Source of the DNA: Vicugna vicugna
Lineage: Eukaryota
Assembly: GCA_013265495.1 (NCBI GenBank)
Contig: MU058065.1
Span: 9,713,720 to 9,777,719 of the forward strand
Length of the DNA stretch: 64,000 bases
Direction of reading: 5' to 3'
Shown in pieces: positions 34,202 through 47,527 of this stretch. The notes below the pieces were generated by a model, which searched no databases, was not told the origin of the DNA, and was given only the letters and a program-made list of their open reading frames with translations. The position numbers and the translations under genes were made by a program. The first letter of the stretch is position 1; each line of letters starts with the position of its first letter.

Positions 34202-35584
34202 AGGTGGCTTTCTATAGCTGCTTACATCCCTGCATTTTGCATTTGTATAGGAAAGAGCATGCCTCCCAGCAAAGTGAAAGTTATGTCACAGGCTGATTTT
34301 TCAAACAGGTTGGGCTTTGGCAGGCTTCTCTTGAAATGTGCATGTGAGATACCTTTGCTTCTCCACAATCCCAGCGTGACACACCTTTCAACTGGGGCAG
34401 TGTTGTGCCACCAGTTGTGAAATGCTGCAGTCCCAGCTCAGGTTTGCATAAGCAACGTGTGGTCAGTGTTAGCCAGAACCACCAGCAGAGTTTTCATTTA
34501 TTTTTCTTTTGACAAGACAGAGTTCAAGAACAGTTAAATCAAACAAAGTTCACTGTAACGTTTCCAAAAGTAGTAACTACTATTTGACTATCTTCAGTGG
34601 TAAGAGTTAAGAAGTTTAGGAGTAGGCTTTAGATAAAGCATGGAGAATTGTCATCACTTAGGAGATTTGGAAAGTAAATAATTATTCTTGGATTAAAAGA
34701 CGACTATTAACACTCACAGGACAGAAATCAGCATGGATTGTGTGTGTGTATGTGTATGTGTGTGTATCTTAGGGAACAGGGGAAATGTGATACGTGAGCT
34801 GTAAGGTATTCCCTGACTTCAGAACCAATAATCTCTCTGATGCTTCGTAAATGCACAAGATGCCTCCTGAGCTGAATTTTAAAACCTCTGAATTTGCTGA
34901 AACAGTTGTAAAATCACACAGAGAAAGACAGTTTACAACTCACTGCAAATCAAAGGAGGCTTCTATATGTTGTTTGTTCTAGCAGGCATGGAGAAATGTA
35001 CTGAACTTGTGAAATATGCTTTTGATAACCCATTAACAAAATCTGCCTGGTTTACAACCTCCTACCTTCCAAACTCCCATTTTCCCGTCTTACCCCCATA
35101 TTAGAGAGAGTTAAAAGCTCACCGCCAGGAGCGTGGACGAGGCGGCCTTCAACACAGGCTGTGATAGCTCACTGAGTGCACCTGGGCTGTGTTCCTGGTT
35201 AGCTCCTCCACGTCCCCACTCCCGACATCAGAACTGATTTCCATCAGCTCTCATGTGCCTGAAAAATTTCTTTCAAGGCAGTTTCCTGTTCTAACACATC
35301 CCAGGGGGATTTCCCCCAGGGGGTGTGAGGCAACATTAGATTGTGACTGTGATAAGATATTCCCCTGTTGGAAGAGTTTTGTATGACAGGCAGCACGTTA
35401 CATCTGTTGTTTTCCTCATATAGGGTGTATTTCACACGGAATGGTACTGGAACACAACCCAGGACTCCGCCTTAACTCCCCTGCAGTCTTGTATTTCCTC
35501 CTCCTCAGTGATGGCAGATCCTGAAACACTTAGTGACATATGGTAGCCTATCTGTGAAGTGTGCTGCACACAGTGCATTTGCTT

Positions 35585-36030
35585 TCTGACTCTGGAGTGT
35601 TGTATTTCATTTTGGGGCATCATGTTTTTTAAAGGGATATTGACAAGCTGGAACTCAGCCCTAGAGACACTTTTTGGAAGCAGGTAGGAGAAAAAATAAT
35701 TACATCCATGTATGCATAACTAGTACCTGAGCAGAAGAGGGCTCTAAGAATGGTGACGAGTCAGCAAAGTGCTGTGAGAAACCATTTAAAAAGAACAGGA
35801 GGTTTTCAGCCTAGAGAGATTGATTATTTACTTATTTTTTGCAGGAAGGTGGTGGCTGTGATCCAAATGTTTGAAAGGCTATCATGTGAAAATGCAAATT
35901 ATTTTTTCTTTTTCCATTTAGTTCAGGTCAGCAGAACTAGGATCAGTATGTGGGATTCACGGGTAAATAGATTCTTACTCTATGTAAGGAAGATCATTTT
36001 ACTTATTAGCGTTGGGCCATGATGGAATAT
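35585..36030 (+). mobile_element. CR1/L3 LINE 3' relic
   Basis: tctggagtgttgtatttcattttggggcatcatg...aagggatattgacaagctggaa...ttttcagcctagagaga...ccaaatgtttgaaaggctatcatgtg...agattcttactctatgtaaggaag is a CR1-like 3' end. Confidence 0.6.
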
Positions 36031-39000
36031 ATATGTGCAAGCAAAAGAAACAAGATCTTGTAAAGATGATTCGTATACTGAATAAGTAGGTCAGATCTTG
36101 TTCAGTTTTCATTTTGACAGGATTGATAAAGGTTTGATAGAACTTTTTTCTTCCTACATCCCTTAATAGGATAAGATAATTGAGCCAACTAAGCTATTCC
36201 ATGGTTTTAACAAAGTTAGTCTTACATCACTTTTATTGAGTTCTTTTCCCTTTTGGAGCACATAATTACATCAACTGAGTATCCATTGGAGCCTCATTAT
36301 AGCCCAAACAACCTCCTAAGATTTTAACTGAGCTTTGGTATCTGATGACTCCCCTGCTTATAGGGTTAACCTGTGGATTTCCCTCCCTCAGTATCCATCC
36401 CCATTCCCTCTCAGTTTCCGCCTCCCCTGCTGCATGTAGTCTCCGAAGTTCGTCAATCAAAGATCCTGGCCTTTTCCAGGCGAGGGCATGGAGGACTGAG
36501 CCACACTTGGCCAATCAGAGTCTCTCTTGGGAAGTGACACAGGGACCGAGAGAGGCTGGAGCTGATTGTTTCACAGCTGTGAAGGGAACGTCTTTTAGTT
36601 CTTGTTTCCTGGATCCCCACGCAGGTGTCAAGTTGGTCTCACAAGTGGCATGTTTTTGTTACGTAGCCACATGCTTGATTGTTAAATGAGGAATGTATAT
36701 CAAGATTTGGAGTGTGACCTTGTTTCCAGTGGGAAGGAAACATGATATGCGGTATGTACAATTAAGCATCTTTTGGGGAGAGATTTCCACAGGCTCGTTT
36801 AACTGGAGGCCTTAGGGTGTGAGAATTGCTGCTTCCTGAAGTGCTGGAAAGTTAAGGTCAGATGCTGGCTGTATTTCAAGTTCTGAGACAATACCAGCCG
36901 ATTTCAAAGCTGGTGTTTGTGTGTGCGTGCATATGTGCGTGTACAGAACTGGGGAGGAAAGGCAGCCTCTAAAACTTCGTTTTGAAAGATGCCAAAACAC
37001 TGAGCCACATATTTGTATGGGAAAGATCTGTGTGTTTGGATGAAACCTGTCTCTTCTCACAAACACAAGGCACAGAGAGGCCTGACTCCTCTTGCCCTGC
37101 TTTTGAACTTTTGTTCACAGTAAGCAATTTCCCTCACCTTGGCTGTTGAACTTCCTATTGTAGTGAAATTCACGAGCACAGTGACCTGGCAAGAGAATGA
37201 TGGAAAGAAGGGGCGTGTTGGGCTAGATTGCATTTTTCCTGAACACTCTGAAATATCAGGATGTATGGAACATGAGTCATCACTTTCTGTTGGAAACTGT
37301 TATGACCTTTACAGAGTAGGTCCAGTTCCTCCCAAGCTGTGCTTCTTCACACCCCAGTGCATGACAGTAAAAGGGCAAATCCTAGGGAGGCAGAGGCATA
37401 TTCTTTTTTTCTTGCAATCTGTTACACATTATTGTTTTCTGACACACTTTGCTTCACATGATGGTACTAATGGTGGGAAGGAAGGTCAAGTTTGATGGGA
37501 GACTTGCCTGGTCTGCCTTTCATGACTTTTCAGACTCAGGTTGGGGAAATCTTGGGGCCCGTTATACTCAGGACGGTGGATTAGGGGAGGAAGGTCTCTC
37601 TGAGGAGTTGGGAAAATCATTATAAGGGAGGCCCCTTAGGAAAAAGGCCACATTCTAGACTGATACCCAACCATTTCACAGACTAGAACTTGATTTGATA
37701 AAAGTACTACAACAATGTTCTGGCCAGGGCCATCTAGCAGAGGACCACTCAGTTCTACAGCTGTGCTGGCTCTGAGGGCGTCACGGTTTGACTGATGATG
37801 TCAGTAGAGAAATCTGAACTATCAAGAAGAGTTTATGTTGCATTCCTGTACTCTTAAGAATCTGGGAATTGGGGTGTGGCGTCAGGGAGCAAGCCAGGAA
37901 AATGCCCTGAAAAATTAAGTTTGTATAGGAGGACTTGGCCATGGAAAAGCCCAACTGGGTCAGCCCCCATCTTTTATTCTACAGGAATACTTCACTTTCT
38001 AAAATCATTTGGAAATGCAGAAATCTACACTGAGTTTTTCTTTTCTAAAACTTATACCTTTAAGGCTTCTGACCACTTTTGACTTTAATCTTTCTAAAGT
38101 GAATTACACACTTCTTTGCTTTCTTAAAAGATTTGCTTAAGATAATATAACATTTCCATTTTTCTGTTTACTGTCAGATGCTTGGCTGTCACTTCTCATG
38201 GCTGCCACTCCTGCCTCTAATGGACTTTCTCCCCATGACTAATTTGCCGCTTTTAAATGGCAGTGGCTAAAAATTCAACATGGATAAGCTTAGAAATTTT
38301 GATGATATATGTCTTTGAATGGAACAGAAGAAACTCTTAAGAGCATGAACTTTAGTGGAATGAGTTTGGTGACATGCGTTGTCTCATCTTGGAGACCTTT
38401 AACGACGTTTCTCAGAGGACCTGTTTTTGTCCATCTTTGGTTCTCAGTGGTGTCTTAGACATTTGAAGTTACCAGATAAGTGACCCTCTTCAAAGGTCAG
38501 AAAAAGAATCAAAGATATCTATCGCCCAACTGGGAGTTGGGGGCAGCCACAGAATAGGTGGCAAAGTCATTTAAATTCAACAGCTTGATCGCTATTCCCA
38601 TGCTGACTTTCTCCGAGTGAATGCAGAGGAATCTTCCATAGTGAAGATGTTGTGCCAGCGTGAGGAGAAGCAGCAGACAGCTCCTAAAGATGCCGCATAC
38701 TGGGAACAGGCTGGAAGTGCAGTGTTTGGATGTCACAGCCAGAACGGGGAGGAGGCTTCTGCAGAGGGCTGCTGGTGGACTCTGTGACCGTGACTGAGAG
38801 GTAGCACTCTGGGTTGCTAACTGAGCCATCTATAAAACTGTGAGTGACCTGTTCTTTGGGGCTGTATTTATCAAGAACTCAAATGCCCTGTAAGGCTTAA
38901 AGCATCCAGGAGCTGGGAAAAAGCCCCCTTCCCTGCTGGCAACTCTTTTATTTTAGACTACGGACACTAAGCGGGTGAGAACAAGGCTGTGCCCTGGGAT

Positions 39001-39614
39001 GAGTCAGCACGAGAACCCAGAGTCTGACTCCAAAGCCAGTGGCATTTGTTCTTATACCATAGTGCTTTTAAATGTAAAACGTAGTGGATGCAACCAAAGG
39101 TTTTTCCACTAGGAGCAAGTCCATTACTAGTTTCCCGGTATCAAAATCCTGATAGGTGATTTTTCACCTTTAAGCAAAAGATGGCAATTGAGCATCTATG
39201 GTAAATGGCCAAATGATTTAGAAAAGTTGTTTTTATCTTTTTTATCTATCAGTAGATGGCAGGAGATACCATCAAATCAAGAGTTTAAAAGGAAAGAAAA
39301 TGATAGAATTCAGTCTTTGTTCCTTGTATTACCTGGAAAAATTGGTATCTAGGGGAGTCAGTGTGCTATTATGTTGGTACCTGGGGAGACAGTATTTTTG
39401 AATATGGATTTGAGTTCAGTGATTAGTTTCCTGACTAATCTGGAAAGATTACATTTGGTTTAAAACAACAGTCAAATGTTGGAAGTCAATTTACTCTCTT
39501 TTGAAGAGACACCTGGAGAAATGATTCATCACTCATGTTGCTAGGATTAATTGGGTATTAAAATTGTGTTAAGTGGATTCACACACCATGTAAAAATCTA
39601 GGAGCTTTTCCTAT

Positions 39615-39668
39615 TCCCTTCCTTCCTTCCTTCCTTCCTTCCTTCTTTCCTTCCTTCCTTCTTTTCTT
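39615..39668. repeat. (CCTT)n tetranucleotide microsatellite
   Basis: ccttccttccttcc... directly visible. Confidence 0.95.
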
Positions 39669-40407
39669 TGCAAAGAAGAGAGAAAATAAAGCTAGTTAAC
39701 CTCAGTGTGGGTTAGGGAAGTCCAGCATCCTAACTGGCTCATTCTCAGATTATGCAGATGGAGCACTATAATTAAAACAATACTAACTAAACACCAGGAT
39801 GTTTTCCACATGCCTTAATTGACTCTGGCCCTGTGAGCTGATGATTTTCATGATCATTTTCATCAAGATTAAATTTGATTTTACTTATTAGTTTCTCTGA
39901 AGTACAGACTTATCTTAGAAATCCTGGATCCTTGGTTCCCTTATTTGGAGATTACAGAAAGGTGACGTAAGATGGAATTTTCAAGAACTGAAAATTTCAG
40001 TCATTATGTGTGTTGTTCCTTTTTAATCTACTGGTCACACTTAACACTATGATTCTTCTCAATGATTCTAGTATTTGAATCTGCTACCTTAATATTATTT
40101 TTTAACTCTTTCACCATTTGAATCTTATTTCTTAGAACACTGTGAAGAAAAAGCCTCAATCTTTTTATTGATTTTTTTTCTTTCTTTGACAATAATTTAA
40201 CTGAAAACCATCTGTAAGTTGGGAAGGCCAACTGCAAGAGCGTTCACATGGGGATCACTAGGTCTAACATCTATCTTGGTTAATGTGGAGCTGGAAATCA
40301 CCATGGGCGTGACCCAAATGGCTCCCAGGTCAGGGCTGTGCGCTGGAGAGAGCATTCGAACCTGGAAAACAAGAATGGAACTGGATTTCATTTTAAGAGA
40401 GTCCTGC

Positions 40408-40682
40408 AACAGACTCATAGACATAGAATACAAACTTGTGGTTGCCAAGGGGGCAGGGGGTGGGAAGGGACAGACTGGGATTTCAAAATGTAGAATAGAT
40501 AAACAAGATTATACTGTGTAGCACAGAGAAATATATACAAGATCTTATGGTAGCTCACAGCAAAAAAAAATGTGACAATGAATATATGTATGCTCATTTA
40601 TAACTGAAAAATTGTGCTCTACACTGGAATTTGACACAACATTGTAAAATGACTATAACTCAATAAAAAAAAGTTAAAAAAA
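40408..40682 (+). mobile_element. L1 3'UTR fragment, same subfamily as the 29218-30118 element
   Basis: acagactcatagacatagaatacaaacttgtggttgcc...gactgggatttcaaaatgtagaatagataaacaagatt...aataaaaaaaagttaaaaaaa. TSD aagagagtcctgc (40395-40407) / aagagagccctgc (40683-40695). Confidence 0.9.
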
Positions 40683-41371
40683 AAGAGAGCCCTGCTAATT
40701 TTCCTTGTAACTATTTCCACTAGGAAACATCTTTTTATCAAAACTACATTATGTCCTCATTTTTTAAAAAAAAATCCAAACTGTGACCAGTACCAAAATA
40801 TCTTGTCAAGGACTATAAAAAGCAGTCTGTCCAATCTCTGTGGTATGTCGCCTGAAATCCCCACACTTGTCAGTCAGTCAGTGTTACCAAGCTTAGTACT
40901 GTGCTGTTGGAGATGCTCTGTTGGGTCAGGGTATGGATCTCTAGGTGGGGCATGGAGTACCTTGAACACCCTTTTTACAGTGATTTTGTAATTTATTATA
41001 TCCTGTAAATGTAGTGTTCTATTTATTCTATTGTTCAGGAACACCCCTTCTACACGCCAAAATGACAATAAATTACACGTCCACCCTATTCACTGGTTGT
41101 CTGCTTCTCCTTACTTCCCTTTCAAATGACTCCACCTTCCTGTTTTGTGTGCACCATTATCTACTGAGATCATTTGCTAAGGTGCATGTTATATCTCATC
41201 AAATTCTTCCCCATAGAAATTTGTTTACGGCAAAGAATCTTACCAATTATTTCACTTAAGTTACAAATAACTAATAAATGACACATAAGGTACTACCTCT
41301 CTTAAATATATGCTGATTTTAATAGAAAACAAACTTCTAAAGCCAAAGAAGTACATCTCTAACCAGATAAT

Positions 41372-41750
41372 TGTGAAGCACTATGAAGAGTCTGAGACTT
41401 ATAAACAATCAAGTTCACCTGTCACAGTTTCATGGATACAGGTCAGAGATGAAGGACAATTTATTACTCACAGTGATATTAATAGCTAGATAGTGGCCCT
41501 AATTCTCACAGGGTGGTGTGAAGAAGGCTGAATGACACTGGCACATGCAATGAGTTGTATTACAGGTGGGGAATCCATAAGGTAGTGAACCCAAATCTTT
41601 TACAATGGACAGTAAGCATGTTTGGTCTTTGCTGTGGAGGGAGATACTGTAAACTCCAAGGCTCTTCACTAAACAAACACTATAGAGAAGACAGTCAAGA
41701 ATAAAGAAATGCAGAAAACTGAGAGACCTGTGGAGATTTGTCTCCCAACA
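41372..41750 (-). mobile_element. ERV solo LTR related to the 18.8 kb element (MER89/MER90-like)
   Basis: TG...CA ends. cacagtttcatggatacaggtcagagatgaaggacaatttattactcacag ... gagacctgtggagatttgtctcccaaca. Flanks ataat / gtaat. Confidence 0.6.
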
Positions 41751-41895
41751 GTAATTACAGATCAATGAAAGGACAGTGAGAAGTCATTTGTGGAATTTAT
41801 TGTTGGCAAAGTTTAAGCCTTACCAGAGGCAATCATATAGCTTGCTTGTATATGAGTCTGATTTCAGTTTTCCAAATCCTCCCAGAAAGCGAGTA

Positions 41896-44415
41896 CAAGC
41901 ACACCTTGGAGATATTGCAGGTTCAACTTCAGATCACCACCATAAAAGATCACAATGAAGTAAGTCATACGTATTTTTGGTTTTCCCAGTACATATTGAA
42001 GTTATGTTTATTCTATACTGTAGTTTATTAACTGTGCAATAGCAATATGTCTAAAAAAACACTATCTATATATATATATATATGTCTTCATTAAAAATAC
42101 TTTATTTCTAAAAAATGCTACATATCATCTGAGCCTTTAGTGAATTGCAGTTTTTGCTGGTGGAACATCTTGTCTTGCCTCTATGTTAATGGCTGCTGAC
42201 TGGTCAGGGTGAAGGTTAGCTGTGATAATTTCCTAAAATAAGACAACAATGAAGTTTGTTACATCAGTTGACTCTTCCTTTCAGTAACAATCTCTGTAGT
42301 ATACAATGCTGTTTGATAACATTTTACCTACTTCTTTTAAAACTGGAGTCAGTCCTCTCAAATCCTGCCTCTGAATCTATCAACTAGGTTTATGTAATAT
42401 TCTAAATCCTTTATCTTTACAGCATCTTCACCAGGAGTATATTCCATCTTAAGAAACCACTTTCTTTGCTCATCCATAAGAAGCAACTCCTCATCCCTTA
42501 AACTGTTTGCAACAATTCAGTCCCATCTTCAGGCTCCACTTCTTTTATTTATTTATTTTTGCTTTTTTGTTATTTATTTATTTATTTATTTAGGGGGGGT
42601 AATTAGGTTTACTTACTTACTTATTTTTAAAGGAGGTACTGGGGATTGAACCCAGGACCTTGTATATGCTAAACATGTGCTCTACCACTTGAGCTATTAT
42701 CTCTCCCCTTCAGGCTCCACTTCTAATTTTAGTTCTCTTGCTCTTTCCACCATGTCTACAGTTACTTCTTCCACTGAAGTCTTGAACCCCTCAAAGTCAT
42801 CCATGAGGGTTGAAATCAACTTTTTCCAAACTCCTGTTATTGTTAATATTTTGACCTCTTCCCATGAATCACAAATGTTGTTAATGGCATCTAGAATAGT
42901 GAATCCTTTCCAGAAAATTTTCAGTTTACTTTGTCCAGATCCATCAGAGGAATCACTATCTATGGCAGCTATAGCCTTATTAAATGTCTTTCTTAAAGAA
43001 TAAGATTTGAAAGTCAAAATTACTGTTTGATCCCTGGGCTGCAGGATGGATGTTCTGTAGCAGGCATGAAAACAATGTTAATCTTATTATACATCTCCAT
43101 CAGAGCTCTTGGGTGACCAGGTGCATTGTGAGTAGCAATAATATTTTGAAAGGAATCTTCCTTTCTGACCAGTAGCTTTCAATAGTGGGCTAAAAATTTA
43201 CAGTAAACCTTGTTGTAAACAGATGTGCTGTCGTCTAGACTTTGTTGTTCCAAGCAGAGTAGATTGAGCATAATTCTTAAGTGCCCTTGAATTTTCAGAA
43301 TGGTAAATGAGCATTGATTTCAGCTTAAAGTTACCAGCTTCATTAACCCTCGGCAAGAGAGTCCCCCTGTCATTTGAAGCTTTGAATCCAGGCACTGACT
43401 TCTCCTCTCTGGCTATGAAAGTCCTAGATGGCATTTTCTTCTAATATAAGGCTGTTTCATCTGCACTGAAAATCTGTTGTTTGGTGTAGTGACCTTCATC
43501 AGTGATCTGAGCTAGAGCTTCTGGATAACTTGCTGCAGCTTCTACATCGCACTTGCTGCTTCACGTTGCACTTTTATGTTATGGAGATGGTTTCTTTCCT
43601 TAAACCTTATGAACAGTATCTGCTAATTTCCTCACCTCTTTCAGCCTTCACAGATTTGAAGCGAGTTGGGACCTTGCTGTGGATTAGGCTTTGGCTTAAT
43701 GAGATGTAGCTGGTTTGGTCTTCTATCTATACCACTCAAACTTGCTCCACGTCAGCAATAAGACTGTTACTCTTTTTTTTTTGTCATTTGTCTGTTCACT
43801 GGAGTAGCACTTTCATTTTCTTTCAAAAACTTTTCCTTTGCATTCACAGCTTGCCTAACTGTTTGGTTCAAGAGGCCTCCATTTCAGCCTAGCTCAGCTT
43901 TCTATATGCCTTCTTTCCTGAGCTTAAGTGTTTCTAGCTTTTGATTTTAAGTGAGAGGCGTGTGACTCCCCTTTCACTTGAGTTCTTAGAGGTCTTATAG
44001 CTTTATGAATTGGCCTAATTTCAGTATTGCTATGTCTCAGGGATTAGGGCAGCCCGAGGAGAGGGAGAGAGATGGGGGAACTGCAGGTCAGTGGGGCAAT
44101 CGGAACACACACATGTAATGATAAAGATTGCCTTCTTATATGGCGAGGATGATGTTGCCCCAAAACAATTACAACAGTAACATCGATTGCTTATCCCAGA
44201 TCACCATAATAAATATAGTAAAGATGAAAAAGTTTGAAATATTAAGACAAGAATTAACAAAATGTGACACAGTCATGAAATGAGCAAATGCTGTTGGAAA
44301 TGGTGCCAGTAGACTTCCTCAACCTACAGTTGCCACAGACCTTCAATTTGTAAAAAAAAAACTCACTATCTGCAAAGTACAATAAAGTGAAGCACAACAA
44401 AACAAGGTGTGCCTG
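41896..44415 (-). mobile_element. Full-length decayed Tigger1 (TcMar/pogo) DNA transposon
   Basis: TIRs CAAGCACACCTTG (41896) and CAGGCACACCTTG (reverse complement ending 44415), each flanked by TA. Broken transposase remnants [20 protein letters not shown]...[14 protein letters not shown] (43198-43434) and [31 protein letters not shown]...SWEEVK..TGVWKKL (42697-43017). Confidence 0.93.
42544..42708 (-). mobile_element. tRNA-derived SINE (vic-1-like) inserted in Tigger1
   Basis: Reverse complement reads ggggagagataatagctcaagtggtagagcacatg...ggttcaatccccagtacctcc...A-rich tail. 16-bp TSD ttcaggctccacttct at 42528-42543 and 42709-42724. Confidence 0.9.
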
Positions 44416-44479
44416 TATATGTCTATCAAATATATAAATAAATAATATATATAAATAATATCTTATTTTTTCCTGCTGA

Positions 44480-45600
44480 TAAGAGTAATGCATTATTATA
44501 GAAAATGAAGAAACGTATTAAAAAAGTGTAAAAATTATTTATAATCTCATCACTCAGAGGTAATTGCTATTAAAATACTGGTCTTTTTTAATACCTTAAT
44601 GCATATTTAGTTTTCATACAAAATGAGAGCATGTTATGTACAGTGCAGTATCTTGCTAGTTTTCCTTTTTACACATTGAAAACAGTGCTTCAGTCATGAA
44701 AAGTTTTTTAAATTATGATTTAAAAAATAATTGCATCATACTTTATATAGATATACCAACTTTTAACACTGTTCCTTCACTGTCAGAAAATTTGGTACCA
44801 AATACTGTTGTGACAAATATTCTGGTACATAAATGCCTTTCAGTGCTTTCAGCTAGATTCCTATAAGTATTGTTGGGCTAATGTGTCTAATTTTTTGTTT
44901 TTAAGTTTCTTGTTTGCTTCTGCGGGATTGCTTTCAAGAAATATTACATCAGTTTCTATGCATGGCAGAGTCTACGAGATTGCTTTTCTTCCCATATGGT
45001 TGTCACTGTTGAGTGTTTTACTTTAAAGAATATTTTAATAAGATAGCTGAAAATTGTTATTTTTTACTTAGTATTTCTGTTACTGAGGAGGAAATATTTT
45101 CTTTCATGTTAATTGGTTACCTATATTTGTTCTTTTAGGAATTATTTATTCATGTTCTTTGCTCATTAGTCTAGTAATATTTTAGTATTTTTCTGACTAA
45201 GGAAGATACTTTTCCATGTAACATTTTGTGTACTAGAACTTTGTCAAATAGTTCCTCAATATATTATTTTTTAATGTGCTAATGCTCTTTTTAGACATTT
45301 GAAAATGAAAAATAATCCAGTAAAATAATAACCGTCATCCATATGATTTGTTCTGTTGTTTAAATATGCTTATCCATTCAGGGGCTTGAATATTTACTCT
45401 ATTTTTTCAGGTATTTTATATTTTACTTGTACGTTTAATTTTTCACATCGATACTTCTGAATACATTTTGATATGTGATATCAGCAAGGACATTTCCTTC
45501 CCTACAAAGCCAATTTTCTCAATGGTGAGTGAGCTATAGTCCTTATTCAGTTACTTGTGGTGCTTTCTTGAGCATGTACTAAATGTAAAATTTTAGAATG
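44480..45600 (-). mobile_element. Ancient L1 (L1ME-like) relic
   Basis: AT-rich stretch with motifs such as ctagattcctataagt..ttgttgggc, gattgctttcaagaaatattacatcagtt and ttatttattcatgttctttgctcatt. Confidence 0.5.
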
Positions 45601-47405
45601 TCTATAAAATTTATTCTTGGAAAAATATTCTTCTCTCTCCTCACAGATGTGTTACTGAATGACAGTCTTGTCTTGGAAACAGGCTACAGGTTATTGATGC
45701 TCATCTCTTAAGGACTGGCATAGATATATTAGAAATATTTTACTTCACATATTGATAAGAACAAATAAAGTGACCTAAGACCAATTATAACTCCAACATA
45801 TGCCCTAAAAGTTCAAAAGAAATATTTTCCAAAATTTAAGAAAATATTTAAATGGTAAAATATATTATGATTTTTTTCCACCAATCTTGCATTTTTAATC
45901 TTTTGGAATTTTTGAGGAGAGAAAATTTAAATCATATTCTTCTAGTTTGAAGTAACCTGCTTTAAAACTGAGTTGCTACCCACTTAGAGAGGAAAACTGC
46001 TCCTCAAGTGGCACAGTACTTTTTTTTCCTTCCACTGTGGTGGAGTGGGGAGGATTTCCTTGAGAAACAGTTTACACTCTTTGGCAGTGATGTTCGAAGG
46101 GAGGCATGGAGAAGTATAAAGAATTGAATGTTTTCCTTATTTTTTCCTCAGAGCCAAATAATAATAGGGAAAACCAGGTTTTATGCAAAATCAATGGGGG
46201 TGAGTTATTTTGACAGAAATTTTTCATCCTTCACTGATCATGTGGTGCTCCAGATAATAAATATTTTTAGCCAGTACATTGTTGGTAATTTACTAGGCAG
46301 TATAAAATAATAAAAATGCTATAAAAGTCTATAGATGAAAATACTGAAACTGGTGAAATAGAAAGTATGTAATTGTTAGGTACTTTCTAGAGTCTACCTA
46401 TTCTAGGTTAGTAGAAGAGAGGAACATGGTTAGTAAAAGAACTGGGCATTTCCATTTCTTTTAAAATTGTCTCCTTCTGTGTCTTCCTACAAGGGTTATG
46501 CTTTTTCCCTTAAAGAAAAAACTCAGAAAAAACATCTTTTGTGACAAGTCTGGGATGTCATTTTATTTCTGTTTTATCTCTGTTTTCCTCCAAATTTAGA
46601 CAATGCATTCACAACTCTAAGTTCAGTTGTTATTCATAAGGGTCAATACAAAAATTACATTCTTTATGGGGTGCAGAAATGTTTGGGTTCATGAAACTCA
46701 TTTTCAATAAAAGCAAGCTATTATTTGTTTCATGCTAGTGCATCACCAGCTCCTGAAAGTTATGTTGGAGGAATTCAGCTGCTTCAGAGATGGTTGGGCT
46801 GTAAAAGTAGCACGTGCTGTGATGTTGTAGGCACTTAAGGGGGCCTCTAGCTGGTCATTAATGCATCACAGAGACAGGAGAGTCCCGGCAAGCACGGACC
46901 CTAGACCCAGGTGCGAGTTCCATCCTGGCTCTGCCACTCAGCTTAAAACTTTGTGGAAGCCAGTGAAGTTCCCTCTCTTCCAATTTCCTCATTTGTAAGA
47001 GGGATAATAATTGCTATGAGGGTTACATGAGCTAATCTATGTCATGCACTTTGAACAGTTACTCGCACAGACTAAGAACCTGATGTCAATGTTTGTTAAA
47101 TAAAATAAATTTGGGGAAGATACGAAGGTAAGAGTAGGAGAACCAGGTACATGGTATCTCCATGAGCTTGTTTGTCTGAAATGGAGGATTCTGGGCTGGG
47201 GAAAGTAGAGAAAATGGGTCTCTGTAGTTCACAAAGTTTACATTCACTGCACAGAGTTACTCTGTTATTCAAGTGCAGTACCGTCTCTGTGTGCAGAATG
47301 CGGGTGGGAAGGAAGACAGGAAGCTGAGGGGCAGCAAGAGAGAGACCTTAGAAAGCTGTCTCATTTGTTCTTCCTTTTATAGCCATGATTGCTCATGTGT
47401 TTTTA

Positions 47406-47527
47406 TTTATGTGTTTATCTATTGGGGGGGTAGGTTTATTTATTTTTTTAAAGAAGGTACTGGGGTTGGAACCCAGGACCTCGTGCATGCTAAGCGCGTA
47501 CTCTGTCACTGAGCTATACCTTCCCCC
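47406..47527 (-). mobile_element. tRNA-derived SINE (vic-1-like)
   Basis: Reverse complement reads gggggaaggtatagctcagtgacagagtacgcgcttagcatgcacgaggtcctgggttcc... TSD ttgctcatgtgttttta at 47389-47405 and 47528-47544. Confidence 0.9.
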
